Of a stretch of DNA of 64,000 nucleotides, positions 36,641 to 44,977 are shown piece after piece. The stretch spans positions 2,784,001-2,848,000 of the forward strand of contig OZ242011.1 in assembly GCA_965204755.1 (NCBI GenBank). Direction: 5' to 3'. The notes beneath the pieces were generated by a model that worked only from the letters and a program-made list of their open reading frames with translations, made no database searches and was not told the DNA's origin. The translations under genes and the position numbers were made by a program. This DNA comes from Candidatus Marinacidobacterium sp. GTDB taxonomy: Bacteria > Acidobacteriota > Vicinamibacteria > Marinacidobacterales > Marinacidobacteraceae. How positions within the stretch are numbered: the stretch's first letter is position 1; each line of letters opens with the position of its first letter.

Positions 36641-37945
36641 ATGGTCGTAAGAAACCGCGTTTCTGTCGTGGCTCTCGCCCCGGCCGCCGCCGTTTTCGCG
36701 GCGCTCGTGGCGGCGGTTCCGCTGGTCGGGGCGGCGATGCTCCGCTCCTGGGACGGGCCGTTCCCCGAGGTGCCGGACGCCGCGGAAACGCCCGAGCCGA
36801 GCGAGCCGACGCCCGGTCTGTTCTCGGTTCCGGACCGCTTCATCCGGGGGGACGCGCTCTCCACCGTCCTCGGGCGGAACGGTTTTACGGGTCGCGAATC
36901 CGCGGCGGTGGCGGAGGCGCTCGACGGGATCGCGGATGTGCGCGGTTTCCGGGTCGGGCAGACGGTGTGGATGCACCGCGACCCGAGCGGCGCGCCGAGC
37001 CGGGTGGTCTTTCCGCTCGGCGACTTCCGGGAGGTCACGGTGGCTCGCAACGGGGCCGGGTGGGACGCCCGCGAAGTCACCACCGAGCCTTCGTTCCAGC
37101 GGTCGGTCGTGCGGGGGGCGGTGGAGACCAGCCTCTACGAGAGTCTGGTGGGCGCGGGCGAGTTGCCGGGGCTGGCGGTGCTGCTGGCGAGCGCGCTGGA
37201 ATACGACATCGACTTCCACCGGGACAGCCGGCGGGGCGACACCTGGTCGGTGGTGGTGGACCGGCGCTACGCGCCCGGCGGCGAGTGGAAGGGCTACGGG
37301 CCGCTCCACGCGGTGCGCTATGTGAACCGGGGGCGCGGCATCGCGGCGTTCCGCTTCGAGTCGCCCGGCGGCGAGGTCGGCTACTACGACCGGGAGGGCA
37401 ACTCGATCCGCCGGGCGTTCCTGATGAGCCCGGTGGCCTATTCGCGCATCTCCGGGGTGTTCACGCACCGGCGGCTCCACCCGGTGCTCGGGGTGTACCG
37501 GCCGCACTACGGGGTGGACTACGCGGCGCCGCACGGCTCGCCGGTGATGGCGACCGCGGACGGCGTGGTGGTGGACGCGGCCAACCGGGGGCCGAACGGG
37601 AACATGGTCACGCTGCGGCATACCGGCGGCTACATGACGCGGTATCTCCACCTTTCGCGGTTCTCCGCCGCCGCGAAGCCGGGGCGGCGGGTGAGCCAGC
37701 GCGAGGTGATCGGGTATGTGGGCTCGACCGGGCTCTCGAGCGGGCCGCACCTGGACTACCGGTTGTACCGATACGGGAAGCCGCTCGATCCGCGTTCGCA
37801 CATCCTCCCGCCGGGGCCGCCGATTCCGGAGGAGCACCTGCCGGCGTTCCACCGCGCGCGGGAAGCGCTGGAGCGGGCGCTGGACGGGGCGCCGACGCCG
37901 CTTCGCGAGCGCTCCGCGGTGGCGGCCGCCGACGGCGGCAGTTGA
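36641..37945 (+). CDS. M23 peptidoglycan endopeptidase (MepM-like)
   Basis: HYGVDYAA, YLHLS and STGLSSGPHLDY. Confidence 0.9.
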   Translation: MVVRNRVSVVALAPAAAVFAALVAAVPLVGAAMLRSWDGPFPEVPDAAETPEPSEPTPGLFSVPDRFIRGDALSTVLGRNGFTGRESAAVAEALDGIADVRGFRVGQTVWMHRDPSGAPSRVVFPLGDFREVTVARNGAGWDAREVTTEPSFQRSVVRGAVETSLYESLVGAGELPGLAVLLASALEYDIDFHRDSRRGDTWSVVVDRRYAPGGEWKGYGPLHAVRYVNRGRGIAAFRFESPGGEVGYYDREGNSIRRAFLMSPVAYSRISGVFTHRRLHPVLGVYRPHYGVDYAAPHGSPVMATADGVVVDAANRGPNGNMVTLRHTGGYMTRYLHLSRFSAAAKPGRRVSQREVIGYVGSTGLSSGPHLDYRLYRYGKPLDPRSHILPPGPPIPEEHLPAFHRAREALERALDGAPTPLRERSAVAAADGGS

Positions 37946-38029
37946 GTCGCCCCCGCCTTCGCGGCGGGTTTGGTCGGCGGGGTTCGGTCGGGGCCCGGCG
38001 CGGGGGTAACGCTTCGTTGGCGGTTCGGG

Positions 38030-38065
38030 GTCAACGCCGGTTGACGGGTGTCAACGGCGGTTGAC
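38030..38065. promoter_or_regulatory. Tandem palindromic operator-like sites GTCAAC-N4-GTTGAC
   Basis: Copies at 38030-38045 and 38050-38065, upstream of comEA. Confidence 0.5.
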
Positions 38066-38310
38066 GCCGGGGGGCGTCGGTTCGCTGCGTTGCGGGGCGG
38101 GGCCGCGGGGGTGGGGGAGTCGTTTCGATGCGATGGTTCTCGGTCTTCCGCGGGGTTTCGGGTTTCCCTTCGGCGGTCGGCGGGGCGTCGCTCGCCGGTC
38201 GGCGCGGTGGTTGCGGTCGGGAGGGGCAGCCGGGGCGAATGTCCCGGCGGCATCCGTCCCCGTCGCGGGACTTCACCACCCCAACCCGGGAACCCTCCAG
38301 GAGGAACCCC

Positions 38311-38691
38311 ATGATCCCGATGATCGCCCGCCGGGCCGCCACCCGGCTCTTCCCCGTTCGGCTCCTGCCGATCCGCTTCGTCGCGGTCGTCCTGACCGCG
38401 GCCGCGCTGCTGTTCGCGGCCCCGGTCGGCGTCGCCGCCGCGCAGCCGGACACTCCCATCGACATCAACTCCGCCAGCGCCGAGGAACTCACCGAACTGC
38501 CGCGCGTCGGCGAGGCCACCGCCGCGAAGATCGTCGCCTGGCGCGAGGAGAACGGCCCGTTCACCCAGACCCGTGAGTTGCTCAATGTCGAGGGGATCGG
38601 AGAGAAGACCTTCGAAGTCATCGAGCCCCATGTGACCGTCGGCAACTCCGGCGGCCCCCCGCCCGCGCCGGGAGGTCCCGAGGCGGGCTGA
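38311..38691 (+). CDS. comEA: ComEA helix-hairpin-helix DNA uptake protein
   Basis: Signal peptide; IDINSASAEEL..LPRVGEATA..VEGIGEK. Confidence 0.88.
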   Translation: MIPMIARRAATRLFPVRLLPIRFVAVVLTAAALLFAAPVGVAAAQPDTPIDINSASAEELTELPRVGEATAAKIVAWREENGPFTQTRELLNVEGIGEKTFEVIEPHVTVGNSGGPPPAPGGPEAG

Positions 38692-38734
38692 CCGGGGCGA
38701 CTCGGCGCAAGTCGAGCCACGGGGCGTCGGCGCG

Positions 38735-39472
38735 TTGCGGGCCTTCTCGCGGAAGGCGCCGCTCCCGGCGGAGGGCCGGCGCCGGCGCCCCGGTGAACCG
38801 GAGCGCCGGGGCCGTTCGGCGGCACCGTCGTCCCCCTCGAAGCACCTTCCGACCCGCCGGTCGGCCGCCCTGCGCGGTCGGCGCGGCGCGGCCGGTTTCA
38901 CGCTCACCGAGATGCTGGCCGCCTTCGCCCTGCTCGGCCTGCTGAGCGCGATGGCGGTCCCTCCCATCGTGGACAGTTTCCGGGCGCAGCGCGTCCGCCA
39001 CGCCGCGATGGCGCTGCGCACCCTCCTCCAGCGGACGCGCGCCGAAGCCGCCGCCCGCGCCGCCAATGTGGCGGTCGTTTTCGACCCGCCGGCCTCGGGG
39101 AATGCCCCCGCCGGAGCGGTGGTCCCCGGCGGCCCGCCCACGATCGCGGTGTACCTGGACGAGAACCACAACGGCGTCCGCCGCCGCGAGATCGCCGCCG
39201 GGGAGGAGCGCCTGCTCCGCCCGGCCTGGCGGTTCGACGAGCGGTTCCCCGGCGTGGAGTGGGGCGCCCCCTCCGAAACCGCCGGCGGCGCCCCCATCCC
39301 CGGCCTGGCGGTCGGCGTCGCGCGGATGGTTTCCTTCTCGCCGTTCGGCAGTTCCGGCAACGGCCGGATCACCGTCAGCGGCGCCGGCGTCGCCTATTCC
39401 GTCGTCATCCACGGCGGCAGTTCCCGAATCCGCCTCGAACGCCGCGCCGGAACCGTCTGGGTCCCCGCGTAA
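38735..39472 (+). CDS. Type IV minor pilin/pseudopilin (FimT/GspH-like)
   Basis: Prepilin motif AGFTLTEML followed by a hydrophobic helix; start uncertain. Confidence 0.75.
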   Translation: MRAFSRKAPLPAEGRRRRPGEPERRGRSAAPSSPSKHLPTRRSAALRGRRGAAGFTLTEMLAAFALLGLLSAMAVPPIVDSFRAQRVRHAAMALRTLLQRTRAEAAARAANVAVVFDPPASGNAPAGAVVPGGPPTIAVYLDENHNGVRRREIAAGEERLLRPAWRFDERFPGVEWGAPSETAGGAPIPGLAVGVARMVSFSPFGSSGNGRITVSGAGVAYSVVIHGGSSRIRLERRAGTVWVPA

Positions 39473-39520
39473 CCCGACCGCGACCCCTGCGCCGGTCGCG
39501 CTAGCACCCGTTCCCCCCGC

Positions 39521-39697
39521 GTGGGCGCCGCGAACCGCGCCTCCGCGGCGCCGCCTCCCCGGCCGCCGCCCCCGAAGACACCTTCAGCGCCCTGGTTCAC
39601 CGCTCGAGTGCAGAAGGTCCTCCTCGTCGTGGCGCTCCTCAACCTCCTCCTCGGCGCCGCCCGCCTCCTCGTCGGAATCGGAATCCTCCTGAAATGA
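39521..39697 (+). CDS. Small hydrophobic protein (58 aa; alternative GTG at 39608 gives 29 aa), not in the ORF track
   Basis: ..VQKVLLVVALLNLLLGAARLLVGIGILLK*; ATGA overlap with 39694. Confidence 0.45.
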   Translation: MGAANRASAAPPPRPPPPKTPSAPWFTARVQKVLLVVALLNLLLGAARLLVGIGILLK

Positions 39698-40377
39698 CCA
39701 CCCCGCCGAGGCGGAAGCCTCGAACGGGAGAGAACCGACTCGACCCGGACGACCCCCGCTCGCGACCTTCGAGCCCGGAACGGGGCGCCGGGCAATCCCT
39801 CATCGAGCACCTCGAAGAGAGACTCCGCTGCGCCGACGACGCCCGCGTACGCGCCGCCGTCCGCTCCATCGTCGAGAGCCCGATCCTCGAGGAATTCCGC
39901 GCCCGGGTCGCCGCCTACGACCGCGACCACCCGGAAGCGAGGAAGGGCGAAGGCCCGGTCGCCATCCCGCAACGAGAAATCCGCGCCCGCATCGGAGAAA
40001 TCCCCGTCGGCGTACTGACGCGCCGGGCGCGGACCGCGCTGAAATGTCCAACCGACGCGGAGTCCACTCTTTCGCCGATCGTCCGCCTCTCGGCGGAAAC
40101 CGCCCTCAAACAACTGAAGCACAGCGACCCCGGCCTCAAGAGACCGCTGACCAACGACGACTACCGCCTCCTTCCTGGGGTCATCGAGCACGGCGAGATG
40201 CTTTCCATTACCGACCACGAGTTGGCGTTCTTCCTCGAGGTGAAGGGAGAGTGGTATGCGGCTGTCGTCAAACGGACGGAAGACCACCGCGTCTATCTCA
40301 AGACCTTCCATCGCACGAAGGATCGAGACCGGCATGCGGCTCGGAGGCGCGCGGGCGAACGCAAGAGCCCGAAGTAG
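39694..40377 (+). CDS. Putative BECR/RelE-like ribonuclease resembling C-terminal toxin domains of phage MuF proteins
   Basis: LSAETALKQLKH..DYRLLPGVIEHGE..WYAAVVKRT..VYLKTFHR pattern, recognised from memory and not searched. Confidence 0.5.
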   Translation: MTTPPRRKPRTGENRLDPDDPRSRPSSPERGAGQSLIEHLEERLRCADDARVRAAVRSIVESPILEEFRARVAAYDRDHPEARKGEGPVAIPQREIRARIGEIPVGVLTRRARTALKCPTDAESTLSPIVRLSAETALKQLKHSDPGLKRPLTNDDYRLLPGVIEHGEMLSITDHELAFFLEVKGEWYAAVVKRTEDHRVYLKTFHRTKDRDRHAARRRAGERKSPK

Positions 40378-40380
40378 GGC

Positions 40381-40488
40381 GGCGCACGGTGGGGCCCGCC
40401 GTCCGGCCGAAGCCGGCATCCCCACATGGCACTCCGCTTCCGAAGAAGCGTGCTACGGCTGGCGGAAAATTACCGTGTCACGTGCGCC
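40381..40488 (-). ncRNA. Structured pseudoknotted RNA element, copy 1
   Basis: Terminal stem, two cUUCGg hairpins, 5-bp pseudoknot; TATGCT box at 40495-40500. Confidence 0.65.
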
Positions 40489-40773
40489 GGAGGAAGCATA
40501 GCACGCGGCGCGACTTGCACCGGCGAGCGCTGCGTCCGTCCGTCCCGATCCATCGAGACAGCAAAACGCGTGGAGACCGGACTCCGGCCCTCCAGCGCCA
40601 AGCGCCGTGGACCGCCGGCCCGACCGGACGGCCCCCATCCGAGCAGCAGACGGAGCCGTCATCGAACGGCGAATCTCCGGCATGACCCTCTACCCGAACC
40701 ACAAGGGAGACTCCCGGCGCAAGAAGCGACCAGTGGCGGCGGTAGGCCATTCGTGAACTGCTGCCGACAATGT

Positions 40774-40881
40774 GGCGCATGGTGGGGCCCGTACCCCGGC
40801 CGAAGCCGGCATCCCCACATAGCGCTCCGCTCCCGAAGAAGCGTGCTACGGCCTACGGAAAATCACCGTGTCACATGCGCC
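40774..40881 (-). ncRNA. Structured RNA element, copy 2
   Basis: Compensatory changes relative to copy 1; TCGACA-N17-TACCGT upstream on the minus strand. Confidence 0.65.
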
Positions 40882-40969
40882 GGGAGAACGGTAGCGCTCT
40901 CGGCGATGTCTGTCGAGCGCGGCCCGGCGGCCGAGAGGGCGAATCGGGGTTCCGCCCTCCGCAGCCGGT

Positions 40970-41077
40970 GGCGCATGGTGGGGCCCGTCGTCCGGCCGAA
41001 GCCGGCATCCCCACATGGCACTCCGCTCCCGCGGAAGCGTGCTACGGCTGACGGAGAATCACCGTGTCACATGCGCC
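40970..41077 (-). ncRNA. Structured RNA element, copy 3
   Basis: Same fold; TATGGT at 41084-41089. Confidence 0.65.
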
Positions 41078-41169
41078 GGGAGAACCATAACGCGCTCGGC
41101 GACGCTTGTTGTCGAGTGTGGCCCGGCGGCCGAATCGGGCGGAACGGGGTTTCGCCCTCCGCAGGCGGT

Positions 41170-41276
41170 GGCGCATGGTGGGGCCCGCCCCCCGGCCGAA
41201 GCCGGCATCCCCACATGTCGCTCCGCTTCCGGGGAAGCGTGCTACGGCCGGCGGAAAATTACCGTGTCCATGCGCC
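41170..41276 (-). ncRNA. Structured RNA element, copy 4
   Basis: Same fold; TACGCT at 41283-41288. Confidence 0.65.
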
Positions 41277-41375
41277 GGTGGAAGCGTAGCGCGCTCAGCG
41301 ACGCAAACCGCCGGGCGAGGCGCGGGGTTGCCGGATTTCGCAGTCGACCCTTCGCTGATCGGGGTCAAGCGAGGT

Positions 41376-41484
41376 GGCGCACGGTGGGGCCCCCAATCCA
41401 AGCAGCGCTTGGCAACCCCACATAGCGCTCAGTCCCATCGGGATCCGGCTACGGCATGGGGAATAACACCGTGTCGCGTACGCC
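41376..41484 (-). ncRNA. Structured RNA element, copy 5 (divergent)
   Basis: Hairpins replaced but still paired; pseudoknot CCCCA/TGGGG; TACGAT at 41492-41497. Confidence 0.6.
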
Positions 41485-41665
41485 GCCCGGAATCGTAGCC
41501 GCCCTTCGAGGACGGCGCGTCGCATCGGAACCGTGGCTCTCGCCGAAGACTTGGGGAGGGGCGTAGCGGGCAGGCCGGTCCCGACCTGCCGGTACTGAGC
41601 CCGGGTGAGAACTAGGCTGCCATCGGCGTGGCGCTCGACCGCCGCCCCGCGGGCTGGCCGGCCGC

Positions 41666-42124
41666 CTACTCGTCGCTGCCGCGGGTCAACTCGGCGTCGC
41701 GCACCGACAGACGCGGCCACGCCCGAATCTCCCGGAACGCGTCGCCGTCCACGGCGACGATCGGCGGGACCGCCGGGTACATCTCCTCCCCTACGAAGGC
41801 GGCCAGGGCGACGAAGGCGTCCACGCCGCGGGTGATGAGGGCGGCGGGGGCGGTGCCGCGGCGGATCGCTTCGAGCAGCACCGCCGCCGTCGTCGAAGAT
41901 CCGCGGGTGGCGGGCAGCGCCAGGACCCGGCCGGCGCCGTTCTTCCCGGCGAGCGGGTGGTGGGGGTCGGTGATGCGGCCGTTCGCCGCGTCGTAACCGC
42001 CCCAGAAACTGAGCGGTTCGTCCGAATGGAGGACCGGCCCCTCCGCTTCCCCGGCGATCACGACCCGTCCGACCAGCCGCGAAGCGGGCGGCGATTCGCC
42101 GGTCGCCCCCGTCTTCAGTCCCAC
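41666..42124 (-). CDS. Aconitase X swivel subunit (DUF126)
   Basis: GEAEG..EPLSFWGG.D..GRITD.HHPL.G..RGSST. Confidence 0.85.
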   Translation of the reverse strand: MGLKTGATGESPPASRLVGRVVIAGEAEGPVLHSDEPLSFWGGYDAANGRITDPHHPLAGKNGAGRVLALPATRGSSTTAAVLLEAIRRGTAPAALITRGVDAFVALAAFVGEEMYPAVPPIVAVDGDAFREIRAWPRLSVRDAELTRGSDE

Positions 42125-43410
42125 GGCGACGGCTCCCGAACCACGCGTCCGGCGCGCGCGGAAGCGACGCACTCGCCGAGGCTGCCGAAGGCGACTTCGG
42201 CGTCCAGCAGGCCGGGTGCGTACCACGCGTACTTCGCCGAGTTCGTCATGAGCCGGCGCGCGCCCGCCGGCAGCATCGGCGTGGCCAGGATGCAGGTGTC
42301 CACCGTCACCTGGCCGCCGAAGGCCCGCAGCGGGTCCAGCAACCCGGCGCGCTCCACCAGCGCGGCGACGCCGCGGCTGGTCGTCACGAGGAACCGGCAG
42401 CCCGGGTGGCGTTCGCCCCCCCGCGCGCGGATCTCCGCCGCCAACTTCTCGAACTCGCCGAAGGAGAAGTGGGGGCTGCCGAGCACCACGAGGTCCAACT
42501 CGCCTTCGGCGCGGCGGTTCAACTCGGCTCTCGCGGCGCGGAGTTCCGCCATACCCACCTTCCGCGCCTCCTTCGGCGGACGCCCGCCGAGCGCGTCCCG
42601 CAGCGTCGGCGCCTCCGGTGTTACGCCGGGCAGGTGGAAGAGCGCCACCGCTCCCGAAGAAGCCGCCGCCGCTCCCAGCGCCTTCAGTCGATCTTCTCCC
42701 GGCGTCCCCGGTATCCCGACGATGGCCGCCGGTTCGTCCCCCGCCCACGGGCCGAGCAGGTGCCCGAGCACGGGGTGGAAGTCGTCGGTCTCCGCGAGCG
42801 CCTCCGGAACGCCCGAGAGTTCCAGCACCCGCGTCGCGAGCCGGTTTTCTTCCAGGTGGAGTCCCACCGCGGGAGCGCGCCCGGTGATCGCGCAGCACAC
42901 ATCGAGCAGGTCGGGATAGCGCTCGGTGCGCGCGCCGAGCACCGAGTTCGCGAAGACCACGGCGTTCGACTCGCCCCAGGCGATCTGCTGCCCGAACTTC
43001 GGCGCGTGCTCGGTTTGGTACGGGGCGCAGGTCCAGGTGGGAATCGTCCCCATCGAGTCGTAGGCGCGCATCTGCCGCGCCGACTTCTCCGCCCATTCCG
43101 CCGGCACCGCCCATTCCCGCCAGTGGAACTCGTCGAGCCCGCTCACATTCAGCGTCGAGGGCACCCGGACCTTGGCGCCGAGTCCGGCGAGGCGCTCGGC
43201 GAACTCCAATCCGGCGTCGCCCACATAGATCGTGCTGTCGATGTGCGCGCTCTCGATGTCGAGCAGGGTATCGGCGCCCCGCGCCTCCGCCATCCGCGCC
43301 ACGATGCGCATCGCGAGGCGCGCCGCTTCCCCCTCCTCCCCGGCCAGCAGCGAACGGTCGCGCTCGTCGAGGCGCAAACTCCCGGCGCTCCCGGACTCCG
43401 GCCCGGTCAT
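42115..43410 (-). CDS. Aconitase X catalytic subunit (DUF521)
   Basis: AHIDS, TWTCAPY, AWGESNAVVFANSVLGART, LGSPHFS, DTC and TNSAKY. Confidence 0.88.
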   Translation of the reverse strand: MTGPESGSAGSLRLDERDRSLLAGEEGEAARLAMRIVARMAEARGADTLLDIESAHIDSTIYVGDAGLEFAERLAGLGAKVRVPSTLNVSGLDEFHWREWAVPAEWAEKSARQMRAYDSMGTIPTWTCAPYQTEHAPKFGQQIAWGESNAVVFANSVLGARTERYPDLLDVCCAITGRAPAVGLHLEENRLATRVLELSGVPEALAETDDFHPVLGHLLGPWAGDEPAAIVGIPGTPGEDRLKALGAAAASSGAVALFHLPGVTPEAPTLRDALGGRPPKEARKVGMAELRAARAELNRRAEGELDLVVLGSPHFSFGEFEKLAAEIRARGGERHPGCRFLVTTSRGVAALVERAGLLDPLRAFGGQVTVDTCILATPMLPAGARRLMTNSAKYAWYAPGLLDAEVAFGSLGECVASARAGRVVREPSPWD

Positions 43411-43477
43411 CGGCCTTCGTCAGCCGCTTCCGCCCGAACCCGCGCTCCGCCCGCGGCGCCGCTCCGCGCCCCGGCCG

Positions 43478-44947
43478 TCAGCGGCCGTTCTTCGAGTCGG
43501 CGACGGCGCGCTTCCAGACGAACCGGTTGATCGCGATGCAGAAGAGGATGAGCAGGCCCGCCTGGAACAGCACCGCCCCGATGCTGAACTCGCCGAGCGG
43601 ATCCCACCACCGGCTGCCGGCGGTCGTAACCGACTGCCACAGCCACCACCCGAGGAGCGCGGTGAACTCGATCGGCACCACCCAGGTGATGATCCAGTCG
43701 AACCACTTGCCGACGCGCAGGCGCTGTTCGGAACCGTTGAAGTGTTCTTCCCGGAACTTCCGGGCGCCGCGGTGGATCACCGTGATCGCCACGAAGAGAC
43801 CGGAGACCAGCAGCGCCACTCCCCAGGCCCAGTCCTGGTTGCGGAAGAAGCCGAGCGACCACGCGGAGGGAAGCCCGAAGACGAACGCCACCGAAGCCAC
43901 CATGGGCACCGATCGCCGGCGGGAGACGCCGAGGTCCATGACCATCCGGTTCGCCAGTTCCAACTGGGTGATGAGCGAACTGATCGCCGCGCAGGAAAGG
44001 GTGAGGAAGAACAGCGGCAGGAAGACCGCGCTGCCCGGGATCTGCTCGAACAGCGGCGGCAGCCAGAGGAAGGTCAATCCCTCGTTGCTCTGCGAGAACG
44101 CCGCGGCGCGGTCGGCGTCGGAAGCGCTGAGCGCGAAGACCGTGCAGAGCACCGCCACCCCGGCGAGGAGCGAAGCGAAGTTGTTGGCGAACGCCGCGGT
44201 GATCCCGGTGCGCACGAAACCCTGTCCCCTCGCGACATAGGCCCCGAGCACGGTCACGAGACCCCAGCCGGCGCCGGTGCTCCACGCCGTCTGCGTGAGC
44301 GCCGCCAGCCAGATCCGGTAGTCGCCCAGCCGCTCCCAGTCGGGAACGAACAGGAAGCGGAGCCCCTCCGCCGCGCCCGGCAGCCGGACCGCGTTCACCG
44401 CGGCGATCACCAGCAGGACGAAGAGCGTGGGTATGAGGTACCGGTTGACCCGCTCGATACCCCCGCGCACCCCGCGCCAGATGATGCCGCTGGCGATGAG
44501 CAGCGCCAGCGCGTGGAACACCACCGGCTGCACCGGGTCGGAAGTGAAGTCGTCCCAGAACGCCTGGGCGTTCTGCGTGTCGAGCGACCCCAGCAGGGTG
44601 CTGACCAGGTACTTGAGGCACCAGCCGGTCACCACGCTGTAGTAGAAGGTGATGATCGTGGTAACCAGGCCGATGAACAGCCCCATCCAGTTCAGTCCGC
44701 CGGTCGTGGCCACGCCGACCGCCGCCGACGGCCCGCGCCGCGAACTCTTCCCCAGCGCGAACTCCGCGAGGAGCAGGGGTATCGCCCAGAGGAACAGGAA
44801 CAGCAGCCACGGGATCAGGAACTCGCCGCCGCCGTTCTGCGCCGCGATGCGGGGGAAACGCCAGATGTTTCCCGTGCCCACCGCCATGCCGACGGTGGCG
44901 AAGAGGACGCCGACCCGCGAACTGAACCGTTCCGTGGTCGGGGCCAT
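43478..44947 (-). CDS. Sodium:neurotransmitter symporter (NSS) amino-acid transporter
   Basis: GMAVGTGNIWRFP..NGGG.FL motif; many TM helices. Confidence 0.9.
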   Translation of the reverse strand: MAPTTERFSSRVGVLFATVGMAVGTGNIWRFPRIAAQNGGGEFLIPWLLFLFLWAIPLLLAEFALGKSSRRGPSAAVGVATTGGLNWMGLFIGLVTTIITFYYSVVTGWCLKYLVSTLLGSLDTQNAQAFWDDFTSDPVQPVVFHALALLIASGIIWRGVRGGIERVNRYLIPTLFVLLVIAAVNAVRLPGAAEGLRFLFVPDWERLGDYRIWLAALTQTAWSTGAGWGLVTVLGAYVARGQGFVRTGITAAFANNFASLLAGVAVLCTVFALSASDADRAAAFSQSNEGLTFLWLPPLFEQIPGSAVFLPLFFLTLSCAAISSLITQLELANRMVMDLGVSRRRSVPMVASVAFVFGLPSAWSLGFFRNQDWAWGVALLVSGLFVAITVIHRGARKFREEHFNGSEQRLRVGKWFDWIITWVVPIEFTALLGWWLWQSVTTAGSRWWDPLGEFSIGAVLFQAGLLILFCIAINRFVWKRAVADSKNGR

Positions 44948-44977
44948 CGAAGTGGTTCGCGGGACCGGGAGCGGCGC

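Noticed and set aside
40381-41484. CRISPR array interpretation of the five repeats
   Set aside because: Units are ~108 nt and internally covarying, spacers are about 90-285 nt and partly similar to each other, and no cas genes are in the window.
40381-41484. tRNA, SAM-I riboswitch or a known small ribozyme
   Set aside because: I see no T-loop/anticodon layout or CCA end and none of the core motifs I recall for SAM-I, hammerhead, twister or pistol. An Rfam scan is still needed.
40426-41498. ORFs overlapping the RNA array
   Set aside because: They are translations of the repeats in several frames, with no consistent frame or protein-like composition.
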